In this document: piece after piece, positions 1 to 9,765 of the stretch | How the letters are laid out: each line of letters begins with the position of its first letter | Numbering within the stretch: the first letter of the stretch is position 1 | Assembly: GCA_051117555.1 (NCBI GenBank) | Contig: JBNPEG010000183.1 | Location: 1-22,583 of the forward strand | DNA: 22,583 nt | Source: Elainellaceae cyanobacterium | Lineage (GTDB): Bacteria; Cyanobacteriota; Cyanobacteriia; CAZCXK01 | Reading direction: 5' to 3' | Made by a program: the position numbers and the translations under genes | Notes under the pieces: generated by a model | Seen by the model: only the letters and a program-made list of their open reading frames with translations | Database searches by the model: none | What the model was told of the DNA's origin: nothing

Positions 1-155
1 TCGGTGCCGTCATGCACAAACTCATCCGAATCATATACGGTGTCTTGTCTTCAGGGGAAAAATTTGACTCGGCTAAATTAGTCCCACACAACACTTGACC
101 TACAGTGGCCTAAACAGTATCTACACAAGTCTCATATTTAATTAGTCCCACCTTG

Positions 156-890
156 TTACGAAGGAACTCGACCTGCACCTAGATAGAGCTCGCTGACCTT
201 CGGATCGTTGAGTAGTTCTTTGCCAGGACCTTCGAAGCGATCGCGCCCCGAATCTAAAACATATCCTCGATCTGCCATCGCTAACGCTTTGCGAGCATTT
301 TGCTCGACCAAAACAATGGCAGTTCCAGTTTGGTTAATTTGCTTAATCCGCTCTAGAGTTGTATTGGTCAGTAGGGGAGAGAGGGCGGCAGAGGGTTCAT
401 CTAATAACAATAATGCTGGCTTGAGCATCAGCGCCCGTCCCATCGCTACCATTTGGCGCTCTCCGCCCGAAAGCGTCCCTGCTCGCTGGCGGCGACGCTC
501 TTCCAACACCGGGAACATATCATAAATCTGTTGTTTGAGGGGTTTGAGCGGAGCACTTTCGATAAATGCGCCCATCTCCAAATTCTCTTCAACCGTGAGT
601 GACGGGAATACGTTCGCAATCTGAGGCACATAACACATGCCGTGCTGTACGATCTGGTTCGATCGCAATCCCGTAATATCGTCACCTTTGAAATAAATTT
701 TCCCGGTGCGAGGAATGAGTAAGCCAAAAATGGCTTTCGCTAGGGTTGACTTTCCTGCTCCGTTAGGACCAATCACAGCCACTAATTCCCCAGGAAACAC
801 TATAAAGTTGATCCCCTGGAGAATGTCTAAGTCTTTGATGTATCCTGCGTAAACATCCTTGACTTCAAGGATTGGAGCCGATTCATTCAT
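156..890 (-). CDS. livF: Branched-chain/neutral amino acid ABC transporter ATP-binding subunit (LivF/NatE-like)
   Basis: Walker A GPNGAGKST, signature LSGGERQM, Walker B LLLDEPS, 'LVEQNARKAL' and C-terminal 'YLG', all typical of LivF. ATG at 890 preferred over the TTG at 902. Confidence 0.9.
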   Translation of the reverse strand: MNESAPILEVKDVYAGYIKDLDILQGINFIVFPGELVAVIGPNGAGKSTLAKAIFGLLIPRTGKIYFKGDDITGLRSNQIVQHGMCYVPQIANVFPSLTVEENLEMGAFIESAPLKPLKQQIYDMFPVLEERRRQRAGTLSGGERQMVAMGRALMLKPALLLLDEPSAALSPLLTNTTLERIKQINQTGTAIVLVEQNARKALAMADRGYVLDSGRDRFEGPGKELLNDPKVSELYLGAGRVPS

Positions 891-1109
891 GGAATTCTTC
901 AAAACGTCGTTAGACTAATCTGTGAATGCTACCCTCTCTAGCTCCTAAAGAGTTTACGTGCGAGAGGGACTAGAGCGATCGCCCGTTTGTTCATTACGTC
1001 TAGATTACGCCTCTCCATGAATCCTAAAAGTTCGTAGCTTACATCACGTCTGAGCATTGGGTCGGTCACATACGAGAGATGTGCGGGGAATGCACAGTGC
1101 TGCAAATAC

Positions 1110-1334
1110 CTACGGGGTATTTTGTAAGTCGGGTCTTTCTTCAGGAACGATCGCTCCCTCGACGGGGCATACTTGCAAGCAAATCCCACAGTCAATGCAG
1201 GTGGCAAAATCAATCCAATACCAGTCGGTCCCTTTCGGGTTCTTTCCGGGGCCGGGATGAATGCATGCAACCGGACAGGCATCGACGCAATCTGCAACAC
1301 CTTCGCAGGTATTCGTAACGATTGTGTGAGGCAC
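1110..1334 (-). CDS. Small dicluster ferredoxin, probably 7Fe ([3Fe-4S]+[4Fe-4S])
   Basis: 74 aa, GTG start. Motifs CEGVADCVDACP (second Cys position is Val) and CIDCGICLQVCP. Confidence 0.9.
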   Translation of the reverse strand: MPHTIVTNTCEGVADCVDACPVACIHPGPGKNPKGTDWYWIDFATCIDCGICLQVCPVEGAIVPEERPDLQNTP

Positions 1335-1414
1335 AGTGTTGTCTCTCCAAACTTAAAAAACGGCAGAATCATCGAATTAGATTCACTTTTAGCCTAGCAG
1401 CTTAATGATTTAGG

Positions 1415-1432
1415 TGAGGGCGATCGCCCTCA
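1415..1432. repeat. 18-bp perfect palindrome TGAGGGCGATCGCCCTCA (extended HIP1)
   Basis: Read directly. HIP1 core GCGATCGC extended by 5 bp on each side, in the hisZ-ferredoxin intergenic region. Confidence 0.85.
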
Positions 1433-1466
1433 AGTTGGGTATGGCAATGTATAACGAGTGCCCATA

Positions 1467-2711
1467 CTAGTGCAACTGCTCAATCTGAGGCGCATCGGTA
1501 TCACTGACCCAAGCGATTTGCTGAATACTACGCTGACGGGCATAGTCGCGAATGCTCTCCTGAGAAGGGTGGTGTCCTAGCTCGACTTCAACACGAACCA
1601 CATGAGTTGATTGTCGAAGTTTTTGAGCGTAAGCAAAGGCTGCTGCAAAGGCTTGAGAACTGACGGGTACGATTAGCCAATGGCTGGACGGTGTTTGATC
1701 GGGAAGCTGTCCGGTGGGCAATAAGACCTGGTGCAAATCTTCGATATTTAGCACAAACCCGATGCCAGGATAGGTTTTGCCGTGAGGATGATATAACCCC
1801 AAAAGCTGATCATAGCGTCCACCCTGCCCGAGCACATGCTGCCCCGTTGCCCCAACATTGACGACTTCAAATACTAGACCTGTGTAATAGTCGAACGACT
1901 GAATAAGGCTCAAATCAAGGGTGATGGGAGAATCCATCTCCGTTTTGGAGCCGACAACCGTCTCATTAATTAGCTCAACGAGTGATTTGAGCTCGCTGAC
2001 CATTTGTCGCTGAGTGGGGGTGAGGTCGAGGCGCGAAACCCGTTCTAATACATCTGCCGGACGACCCCGCAAATCTAGTAGCATCAACGCTCGTTGATAT
2101 AAATCAGGGGGGAGGGAGAGCGCGTCTAACCCAATGCGATTAAGGGTGGCGATCGCCTCTCGCACCTGATCTCGACACGAGTCTGGAAATGGAGACAACA
2201 GCGATCGCGTAAGCCCTGCATCTCCTAAAATCAATCGCCATTGGGTGAGTCCGAGGCTAGCCAAGCAGTGAGACACCAGCAGCAGAATTTCTGCATTGGC
2301 TGCAACGCCACCTCCCCCCAACAACTCCACGCCAGCCTGGTAGGCTTCCTGTTGACGGTTATGACTGCCTCGTGCCGCGCGGCGAAATACATTGGCACAG
2401 TAATACAGGCGCTGAGGCAGTTGTGATTGATCCATTCCTGCCATACGAGTCACGGCAGCACGGGCAATCGAAGCTGTCAGTTCTGGCCGAAGTCCTAGAA
2501 CTTCATTTTCGGTATCATGCAGTTGGATGACCGTAGAGCGCTGGATTGCCCCCCCTGCCATGAGCGTGTCGAGGCGCTCCAAGGTGGATGTAATGATGCG
2601 ATGATAGCCCCATCGATGAAACACATCCTGAAGGCGCGCTTCGATCCAATGCTTTTGAGCGACATCGAGAGGAAAGAGGTCTCTAGCGCCAACGGGGGGT
2701 TGATGAATCAT
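1467..2711 (-). CDS. hisZ: ATP phosphoribosyltransferase regulatory subunit HisZ
   Basis: HisRS-like paralogue: 'PPVGARD', 'LRPELTASIAR', 'RLYYCANVFR', 'QAGVELLG', 'YYTGLVFE', 'GGRYDQLL'. ATG overlaps the upstream TAA (TAATG at 2709-2713). Confidence 0.93.
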   Translation of the reverse strand: MIHQPPVGARDLFPLDVAQKHWIEARLQDVFHRWGYHRIITSTLERLDTLMAGGAIQRSTVIQLHDTENEVLGLRPELTASIARAAVTRMAGMDQSQLPQRLYYCANVFRRAARGSHNRQQEAYQAGVELLGGGGVAANAEILLLVSHCLASLGLTQWRLILGDAGLTRSLLSPFPDSCRDQVREAIATLNRIGLDALSLPPDLYQRALMLLDLRGRPADVLERVSRLDLTPTQRQMVSELKSLVELINETVVGSKTEMDSPITLDLSLIQSFDYYTGLVFEVVNVGATGQHVLGQGGRYDQLLGLYHPHGKTYPGIGFVLNIEDLHQVLLPTGQLPDQTPSSHWLIVPVSSQAFAAAFAYAQKLRQSTHVVRVEVELGHHPSQESIRDYARQRSIQQIAWVSDTDAPQIEQLH

Positions 2712-3637
2712 TATTTCTTTTTCCCGCCAAACAATCCAAAGAGTCCTCCCCCCGACTTGGCGGATTTGCTTGTATTCGAGACTGATTTTTGTGCGCTCGA
2801 CGGTTGGCGTTGAGGGTCTACCCGACGCAGCCCTTCTTCAGCGACCTTGTCTTGAGGGTTAATTTTGAGAGCCTGATTGAAATGAATTTTCGCCATTGTG
2901 AGCTGATTGGCTTTGATATAGATGATGCCTAACCGCGTATGTAGGTTGCCATTTTTGGGCTGCATCCGCAAGGCTTCTCGAATTTCTAATATGGCTTTGG
3001 AATAGTCCTGCTTCGACTCATATTCTTCTGCGCGACGTAAATAGGATGCCGTTAAATCGGCTGCTGTGGTTCGAGGGGGGGAAGATGGGGTTGGATTTTG
3101 CCCCGCGTTGGTGGCTGGTCTAGGAGATTTTGCCCGAGAGGATATGCTTGGATTCCCGGGACCATCTTTACGCATCAGATAGACCAGATTTAGTTCGCTA
3201 ACCTGTCCGATCAGGTCGGGGGTTGCATCAAGTGACTGATATAACTCGTCGGCTAGCTCTCTAAGCAATTGATTATAGGTCTGTTCGGTGTGATGAGTCG
3301 ATGCCAACTTTCGGGCAGGTTCACTCGTCAAAATCACTGTTTCTTGCTGCTTGAGTGCCTGCTTTCCTTTGAGTTTCAGCAAGACACAATATTCGCTGTA
3401 TGCCTTCTCTTGGGAAAGTTTTTCGTAAGCAGGGTTGACGAGTTTGGATAGCAACTCACTGGCTCGTTGGCGATCGCCCTCGGTTGCTGACGTGAGACTG
3501 TCAGGATGAAGGCGGCGGGCAATTTTCAGATATCGCTTGCGGATGTCTTTGAGTTCGGCATCGACAGAAACGCCTAAAATGGCGTGATAATCGGTAAATT
3601 CTGACGTGAACAGCCCTCGCTCAATCTTAAAAGACAT
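2711..3637 (-). CDS. DnaJ-domain protein with C-terminal TPR repeats
   Basis: J-domain 'DYHAILGVS...IRKRYLKIARRLHPD', Pro-rich linker, TPR-like helices, C-terminal 'GGLFGLFGGKKK'. ATG at 3637 preferred over TTG at 3658. Confidence 0.88.
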   Translation of the reverse strand: MSFKIERGLFTSEFTDYHAILGVSVDAELKDIRKRYLKIARRLHPDSLTSATEGDRQRASELLSKLVNPAYEKLSQEKAYSEYCVLLKLKGKQALKQQETVILTSEPARKLASTHHTEQTYNQLLRELADELYQSLDATPDLIGQVSELNLVYLMRKDGPGNPSISSRAKSPRPATNAGQNPTPSSPPRTTAADLTASYLRRAEEYESKQDYSKAILEIREALRMQPKNGNLHTRLGIIYIKANQLTMAKIHFNQALKINPQDKVAEEGLRRVDPQRQPSSAQKSVSNTSKSAKSGGGLFGLFGGKKK

Positions 3638-3741
3638 GCTATCTTCCCACCTGCTCAATCAGTTCCCTATAGTTTACTCCGGATAGTCGACTCCGGCTCT
3701 CCCTCACACCCAGACTTCCCCTTATACACACAATGACATGG

Positions 3742-4566
3742 TCAACTAAATTCTGCTAACGGTGTTGTGTCGATCAATTCTTGACTGAGAGCATGGTGAA
3801 TCAACCCGTTGGTGGCTAAGATTCGTCCAGATCGAATCTTGAAAGGACTTTCATTGTATGCGCTCACTTGACCGCCTGCCTCCTCGACCAATACCACACC
3901 TGCCGCCAAGTCCCACGGTGACAATCCGCGCTCCCAATAGCCATCTAGCCGCCCACAGGCGACATACGCTAAGTCAATCGATGCAGAACCTCCACGACGA
4001 ACGCCCTGTGTGAGATGAGTCAGGCGACAAAATTCGGCGTAGTTGTTGTCGGGAGTTTCTCGGCGATCGTAAGCAAAGCCTGTCACTAGCAAGCTCTTAT
4101 CTAGGGCAGAGGTCTGAGAGACGTGAATCGGAAATCGATTCCGAGTCGCGCCTAATCCCCTCGCAGCGCGAAATAGATCATTATGAAACGGATCAAATAC
4201 TGCTCCCACATACGGAATTCCGTTGAACAACAATCCTACGGATGCGGAGCAGAAGGGATACTGATGTGCATAATTCGTCGTGCCATCAAGAGGATCGATC
4301 GCCCAAAGGTATGCCCCCTCGTCGTCGCCCAACTGCCCTGATTCTTCTGCTAAGACCGGATGGTCAGGGACATGACGCTGTAAGACATCTAAGATGGCAG
4401 CTTCTGCGGCTTTATCTGCCACTGTGACCAGATCCCCTGGTCGCCCCTTCTCTTCAATGTGGTCTAATTTGCCCCAGTATGCCTGGAGAACTCCGCCTGC
4501 TGCAAGTGCAGCCTCGGTGGCGATATCAAGCAGATTTTTGAGCTGTGTAGCAGACGGAGGATTCAT
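3742..4566 (-). CDS. suhB: Inositol monophosphatase family protein (SuhB-like)
   Basis: IMPase motifs 'DLVTVAD', 'AEES', 'WAIDPLDGTTNYAH', 'WDLAAGVVLVEEAGG'. Confidence 0.9.
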   Translation of the reverse strand: MNPPSATQLKNLLDIATEAALAAGGVLQAYWGKLDHIEEKGRPGDLVTVADKAAEAAILDVLQRHVPDHPVLAEESGQLGDDEGAYLWAIDPLDGTTNYAHQYPFCSASVGLLFNGIPYVGAVFDPFHNDLFRAARGLGATRNRFPIHVSQTSALDKSLLVTGFAYDRRETPDNNYAEFCRLTHLTQGVRRGGSASIDLAYVACGRLDGYWERGLSPWDLAAGVVLVEEAGGQVSAYNESPFKIRSGRILATNGLIHHALSQELIDTTPLAEFS

Positions 4567-4574
4567 CGTGGCAC

Positions 4575-4943
4575 CTAATCTTCATCGAGAGGCAGCCCCG
4601 CTCGAACTTTTCCTTTACCAAAATATCGACCGAACTGAAGTTCATAAACTTCGTCTTCATCCTGAGTTTCGATCTCTAAGTCAGACTCAGGATAACTAAC
4701 GCACAGGAGCGCATAGCCACGAGCTTGAAGCTCAGGTGAAAGCCCCATGGCCTCTGGCTGAGACACACGTCCTGACAGAATTCGTGCTGCACAGGTCGTA
4801 CAAGCCCCATTGCGGCATGAAAAGGGGAGCTCGACGCCTTCTATTTCGGCGCTACTAAGAATATAGCGATCGCCCGGAAGCTTTAGTGAATGCTGGGTTC
4901 CTGCTTGGCGATGATAAATGTGAACCGTGTATTTTCGAACCAT
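4575..4943 (-). CDS. 2Fe-2S ferredoxin with C-terminal extension (Fed2/FdC2-like)
   Basis: 'LPFSCRNGACTTCA' and 'YALLCVSYP' plant-type cluster ligands, plus the extension 'EDEVYELQFGRYFGKG'. Confidence 0.9.
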   Translation of the reverse strand: MVRKYTVHIYHRQAGTQHSLKLPGDRYILSSAEIEGVELPFSCRNGACTTCAARILSGRVSQPEAMGLSPELQARGYALLCVSYPESDLEIETQDEDEVYELQFGRYFGKGKVRAGLPLDED

Positions 4944-5118
4944 AAACTCCTAATCACTAGGATTCAGTGCCCATCTGTATCATAAAGCGTTACCATGACG
5001 CCAGGAAACCGATGAGAAATTTGCTCTCTTTTTTTACTCTCTTTTCAGATTTCCCCAGAGTCTGCTAACATAGCTTTCCTGTGGCTATTGAGTCATACAG
5101 CTAAATTGAATAGAGTTT

Positions 5119-5205
5119 GGAGAGATGGCCGAGTGGTTGAAGGCGCAGCACTGGAAATGCTGTTTAGGGGCAACTCTAACGAGGGTTCGAATCCCTCTCT
5201 CTCCG
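5119..5205 (+). tRNA. trnS: tRNA-Ser(GGA)
   Basis: Acceptor stem GGAGAGA/TCTCTCC with discriminator G, D-loop GAGTGGTTGAAG, anticodon arm CAGCA-CT-GGA-AA-TGCTG (GGA at 5153-5155), long variable arm, T-loop GTTCGAATC. CCA not encoded. Confidence 0.97.
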
Positions 5206-5251
5206 TTCAAATCATTTGCAAATCATTGGCTAGGCCAAATCATCTATTTCG

Positions 5252-7120
5252 TTATGATGATTTGGCGGATCGTCGGGCTGCCCGTCGTTGGATGAGCATG
5301 CGCTCAAAACTCAAGCCAATCACCCCTGCTGTAACCATTAAAATTCCTAACATTTGCCCGGCGTGAAGCCCAGTACGCGGCCCCGGCGTGATCAAGAATG
5401 CCAAAATCGCGGTCAATGCTGGCCCACTAGAGGCCACAATGGCAGCGCGGGCAGCGCCCATAAAGCGTACCCCAAAATTATTCGCGAGATAGCCAATTAA
5501 CGTCAGCACGCCGAGCAAAATTCCTAATCCTAAGAACCCGGTTGGCTGATCAACGGCGACTTGAGCATTCCATCGGTCGGGTAATGGAAAAGACGGCAAG
5601 AGAATTAAGCTGACTGCTGAAAAGACGCCAATCGTCGCAAACTGAACCAGACTGACAGGAACAGGGTGCAGCTTTTTGAAGCAAATTTGCATAAAGATGA
5701 GATAACATGCAAACGCAATTCCTGAAAAGACGGCAAACAGCACGCCAGCGCTAGATACGGTCGGATTATCTGGGATAAAGATGTTGTTTGGAATGGCCGT
5801 GAAGATGATGCCGATCGAAATAATCGCCATAATCAGCCAGCGGAGAGTCGTTGGGCGATCGCCAAAAAAGAACCACGCCAGTGGCACGGTGACCAGAGGA
5901 TACATAAACAGAATGGTGACAGCGACCCCCGGACCGACCTCTGCGATCGCGATATAAATCAAGACCTGGGACAAAAACAAAAAGCCACCACTCGCCACCA
6001 CGGTGATTAAAAGGCGGCGATCGCGCGAGGTCAAAAACGTTTTAATGTCTTTCCATACTGGCGGATAGAGCCGTTGTGCAATGGCGAACATCAGCGGCAC
6101 GACCACCAACATCCGCAACAGCAGAATCAAAAGCGCATTGCCCAATCCTAGATTTAAATACCCGCCCAGTTGAAAAATTCCAAAAATGCTGCTCTCATTG
6201 CCAATAATGCCGACGATTACGTTGTGCAATGACAGCGCAACGGTCGACAGTAGAATCAGCAGCAACCCAAGTTGAAATTGAGAAAGATCGAGACGACGTT
6301 TGGCGGCAGGCTGTCGTTTGGGGGCAATGACAGGTTCGGGTGCGGTGGCAGGAGACACCGGAATGACTTTATTCTTATTCTGAGAGTAATTAGACGGGCG
6401 CTGCCGTTCTTCAGTTGGAGCAGACGAGCGCGGCGATGAGGAACGAGATGCCGAACTGTCCGATGAAAAATTGTGATTGGGATGATAGCCATTGCCATTG
6501 GCGATCGCGTGTCGAGGTTGAGGTTTGGCAGTTTCGACTTGAAGTTGCTGATTCAGCCGACTTACTAACGCGTCTAAAATAGCCTCACCCTGCTGCTCTA
6601 GGGTATGCATTCGCCCAATCTGTTGAGACAGCGAACTCTGATAGCTATCAAGCTCCTGACGCAAGCCGCTGAGCGTTCGATTGAGGGATGTATCGAGTGA
6701 ATTGAGTAACTGGTCAGCATTGCCGCGAGAGCGGGCGGACGGGGTTGCAACTGTTCGCTCAATATCTGGCGAATTGGAAATCGCACCTGTTTGTTGAATT
6801 TGCTGCACTAATAATGTGCGCAAATGGCTTGCCAATATCTGAGCGAGCTGTTTTGCCCAAACCTGCTGTTGAGCAAGCTGCTGTTGGGAGAGCACCACTT
6901 GCCGCTGGTCTTGAAGTGCTTGGTGCTCTTGTCGAAGGCTAGAGATTTCGTCAAGAAGCCGGTACTTTTCGGCCTTTAAACGTTTAACATCATCGGTCAG
7001 TTGGTTGACTAAATCGCTCTGCAAATTCTGGAGGTCATGCTTGACCCGCTTTAGAATTTGGTCTGCCGATTCTGAATCGTCTGGTCTGGAATTTTCGGGT
7101 AGATTTTCCAGCAGCCCCAT
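5252..7120 (-). CDS. sepJ: SepJ (FraG)-like septal junction protein: coiled coil, Pro/Ser linker, DMT/EamA permease domain
   Basis: About 195 aa Gln/Leu-rich coiled coil ('QQQVWAKQLAQILA', 'YQSSLSQQIGRMHTLEQQGEAIL'), low-complexity linker, then about 10 hydrophobic segments with DMT motifs ('GVAVTILFMYP', 'GPALTAILA'). Confidence 0.82.
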   Translation of the reverse strand: MGLLENLPENSRPDDSESADQILKRVKHDLQNLQSDLVNQLTDDVKRLKAEKYRLLDEISSLRQEHQALQDQRQVVLSQQQLAQQQVWAKQLAQILASHLRTLLVQQIQQTGAISNSPDIERTVATPSARSRGNADQLLNSLDTSLNRTLSGLRQELDSYQSSLSQQIGRMHTLEQQGEAILDALVSRLNQQLQVETAKPQPRHAIANGNGYHPNHNFSSDSSASRSSSPRSSAPTEERQRPSNYSQNKNKVIPVSPATAPEPVIAPKRQPAAKRRLDLSQFQLGLLLILLSTVALSLHNVIVGIIGNESSIFGIFQLGGYLNLGLGNALLILLLRMLVVVPLMFAIAQRLYPPVWKDIKTFLTSRDRRLLITVVASGGFLFLSQVLIYIAIAEVGPGVAVTILFMYPLVTVPLAWFFFGDRPTTLRWLIMAIISIGIIFTAIPNNIFIPDNPTVSSAGVLFAVFSGIAFACYLIFMQICFKKLHPVPVSLVQFATIGVFSAVSLILLPSFPLPDRWNAQVAVDQPTGFLGLGILLGVLTLIGYLANNFGVRFMGAARAAIVASSGPALTAILAFLITPGPRTGLHAGQMLGILMVTAGVIGLSFERMLIQRRAARRSAKSS

Positions 7121-7494
7121 TAGTGTTCAACCTCTAACGTTAGATTGCTAATTTATTAATTGCCGACGTATGAATTGCCACCTATTGTAGCGATCGCCCA
7201 GATTCTATACAGCCTAAAAAGGTGCTTTGTAGTATACCGCGTCGTAAAACTTCAAAAAATTAAAGAATGCATAAAGAAATAGCATCAGACCAAGTGTACT
7301 CAAAATGGGGCGATCGCGCCTGAATGTTGAGCAATTATGACAACAACGTGAAAACCCGCAAAAAAAATTCGCGTTTACACCGTCATTGTCCGTCATGATT
7401 TCCCTGCGTCATCTTAGAAAGGCTCATACCCCATGCGCTAAGCTGCATATGATAATCCCGTTTACTCAATTGATTCGAATCAGATAGTCGCTCC

Positions 7495-9765
7495 ATGCTA
7501 AATATTGCCCACCATCTGGCAACCGAACTTTCACTCAAACCCTTTCAAGTTCAGAATGCGCTTGCCCTATTTGCTGAAGGGGCAACGGTTCCGTTCATCG
7601 CTCGCTACCGCAAAGAACGCACGGGTGAGATGGATGAAGTTCAGCTTCGAGAATTATCGAGCCGTCACGCCTATTTGTGTGAGCTTGAGGAGAGGAAAGC
7701 AGCAATCATAGAGGCGATCGCCAAGCAAGGCAAACTCACAGAAGACCTCAAAGCCGCCATCGAGAATTGCCTCCAGAAAAATGAGCTAGAAGACTTATAT
7801 CTCCCCTATCGCCCCAAACGACGGACGCGGGCAACGATTGCTAGAGAGAAGGGCTTAGATCCCCTAGCGCAGTTCATCAAATCCCTGAATCAGCCTAATG
7901 CTCAGCCTCAGTCTCTGCGCCAGGAAGCTGAGATGTATCTCTCCGATGAGCACGGTGTCGACACCGCTGAAGCGGCTTTGCAGGGAGCCTCCGATATCTT
8001 GGCTGAAGAGGTATCTGAGCAAGCCCACCTAAGAGCGTATTTGCGAGACTATTTGCTCACTCAGGGTGCTTTTTCATCCCGCATTAAAAGTGATTATCCG
8101 GAGGGCACTACCAAGTTTGAAATGTATCGCGATTATCAGATTGCGGTAAAGGCGATCGCGCCTCATAACCTGCTGGCGCTTTGTCGAGGAGAATCAGAGG
8201 GCATATTAACTTTCAACATCGTCTTTGATCTGGACGAGGTGATGGCGTATCTCGAATCTCAGGTGATTCGCACCAAAATCCCGGCTGTTCAGACTTTCTA
8301 TCGCGACATGCTCAAAGACGCCTTTAATCGGCTGATGAAGAACTCGCTAATCAGTGAAGTCGTAGCCCAGAAAAAGCATGAGGCGGATATCGAATCAATT
8401 AAAACCTTTGAAGCCAATCTGCGAAATCTGCTGCTGTCGAGTCCGGCTGGTATGAAGCCTACTCTAGCGATCGACCCCGGCTTTCGGACGGGGTGCAAGG
8501 TCGTCGTGTTAGACGAAACGGGAAAATTTCTCGACTATCAGGCAATTTTTCCTCACCAGTCTGACAAGCAAAAGTTAGACGCAGCCCATACTCTAAAACG
8601 CCTGATTAACACTCATCACATCGAGCTGATTGCCATTGGTAACGGCACGGCAGGTCGAGAAACAGATGCGTTTGTCGGAGAGGTGATCCAAACCCTAGAA
8701 CGCAAGCCCATCAAAGTGATGGTCAATGAGTCGGGGGCATCGGTGTATTCTGCCAGCGAAACGGCGATCGCCGAATTTCCAAATCTTGACGTGACCGTGC
8801 GAGGAGCCATCAGCATTGGGCGACGGTTGCAAGATCCATTGGCAGAACTGGTGAAAATCGATCCCAAGTCAATCGGTGTTGGGCAATATCAGCATGATGT
8901 GGATCAAAAGCTGCTCAAACAAAAGCTCGAAGAAACGGTCGAAAGCTGTGTCAACTATGTTGGGGTTGATCTGAACACGGCATCAAAAGAATTGCTGATT
9001 TTTGTCTCAGGCTTATCCGCCAGCGTCGCCAACAACATCGTCGCCTATCGTAACCAAAATGGCGCTTTTCGCAGTCGTCGAGACGTCTTAAAGGTTTCAA
9101 AACTAGGCCCCAAAGCGTTTGAGCAAGCGGCAGGGTTTTTGCGGATTCGGGATGGCGATAACCCGTTAGACAATACGGCGGTTCACCCGGAGAGCTATGG
9201 CGTTGTCCAAACGGCTGCAAAGGATTTGGGCGTATCGTTGGACAATGTCACCCACATTGCTGAAAAGCTGAAAAGGGCTGACTTAACTCGCTACGTCACC
9301 GACACAACTGGGCTGCCAACTCTCAAAGACATCATCCGCGAACTCGAAAAGCCCGGACGCGATCCCCGTGCCGAGTTTACCTATGCAACGTTCAAAGAAG
9401 GGGTAAACGACCTGTCAGATTTGAGAGAGGGGATGGAGTTGGAAGGGGTGGTTACGAATGTGGCGAATTTTGGGGCATTTGTGGATATCGGAGTCCATCA
9501 GGACGGTCTAGTCCACATTTCTCAACTGGCAGACCGTTTTGTCTCTGATCCAAAAGAAATCGTAAAAGTAGGGCAGGTTGTCACGGTGAGAGTGCTTGAC
9601 GTAAACGAAAAACTCAAGCGGATTAGCTTATCGATGCGCGCGGCTTCAGCCGATGATGCCTCGTCTCGTGAGGCAAAACAGCGATCGCCCAAATCGCGCA
9701 GCGGCAAAAAGCCGAAATCCTCTTCCCTCAAGGATTTGAAGGCAAAATTTAACAAGCCACTGTGA
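7495..9765 (+). CDS. tex: Tex/YhgF family RNA-binding transcriptional accessory protein
   Basis: 'GATVPFIARYRKERTG', YqgF-like 'AIDPGFRTGCK', HhH 'GVDLNTAS', S1 domain 'GVVTNVANFGAFVDIGVHQDGLVHISQ'. Confidence 0.95.
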   Translation: MLNIAHHLATELSLKPFQVQNALALFAEGATVPFIARYRKERTGEMDEVQLRELSSRHAYLCELEERKAAIIEAIAKQGKLTEDLKAAIENCLQKNELEDLYLPYRPKRRTRATIAREKGLDPLAQFIKSLNQPNAQPQSLRQEAEMYLSDEHGVDTAEAALQGASDILAEEVSEQAHLRAYLRDYLLTQGAFSSRIKSDYPEGTTKFEMYRDYQIAVKAIAPHNLLALCRGESEGILTFNIVFDLDEVMAYLESQVIRTKIPAVQTFYRDMLKDAFNRLMKNSLISEVVAQKKHEADIESIKTFEANLRNLLLSSPAGMKPTLAIDPGFRTGCKVVVLDETGKFLDYQAIFPHQSDKQKLDAAHTLKRLINTHHIELIAIGNGTAGRETDAFVGEVIQTLERKPIKVMVNESGASVYSASETAIAEFPNLDVTVRGAISIGRRLQDPLAELVKIDPKSIGVGQYQHDVDQKLLKQKLEETVESCVNYVGVDLNTASKELLIFVSGLSASVANNIVAYRNQNGAFRSRRDVLKVSKLGPKAFEQAAGFLRIRDGDNPLDNTAVHPESYGVVQTAAKDLGVSLDNVTHIAEKLKRADLTRYVTDTTGLPTLKDIIRELEKPGRDPRAEFTYATFKEGVNDLSDLREGMELEGVVTNVANFGAFVDIGVHQDGLVHISQLADRFVSDPKEIVKVGQVVTVRVLDVNEKLKRISLSMRAASADDASSREAKQRSPKSRSGKKPKSSSLKDLKAKFNKPL

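Noticed and set aside
930..1100. Possible ncRNA in the ferredoxin-livF spacer (short inverted repeats CTCTAG/CTAGAG and CCCTCTC/GAGAGGG)
   Set aside because: No recognisable RNA family motif, and the stems are short and mutually exclusive.
938..1397. Several overlapping ORFs (144, 67, 79 and 74 aa plus-strand) around the ferredoxin
   Set aside because: Alternative-frame or antisense shadows of the clearly recognisable ferredoxin at 1110-1334.
5088..5116. TTGAGT-N17-TAGAGT as the tRNA-Ser promoter
   Set aside because: The -10 box ends only 2 nt before the mature tRNA 5' end, too close to initiate upstream of it.
5088..5366. 92-aa plus-strand ORF
   Set aside because: Overlaps tRNA-Ser and the antisense 3' end of sepJ; spurious.
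7214..7396. 60-aa ORF between sepJ and tex
   Set aside because: Low-complexity translation of an AT-rich divergent promoter region with no supporting motif.
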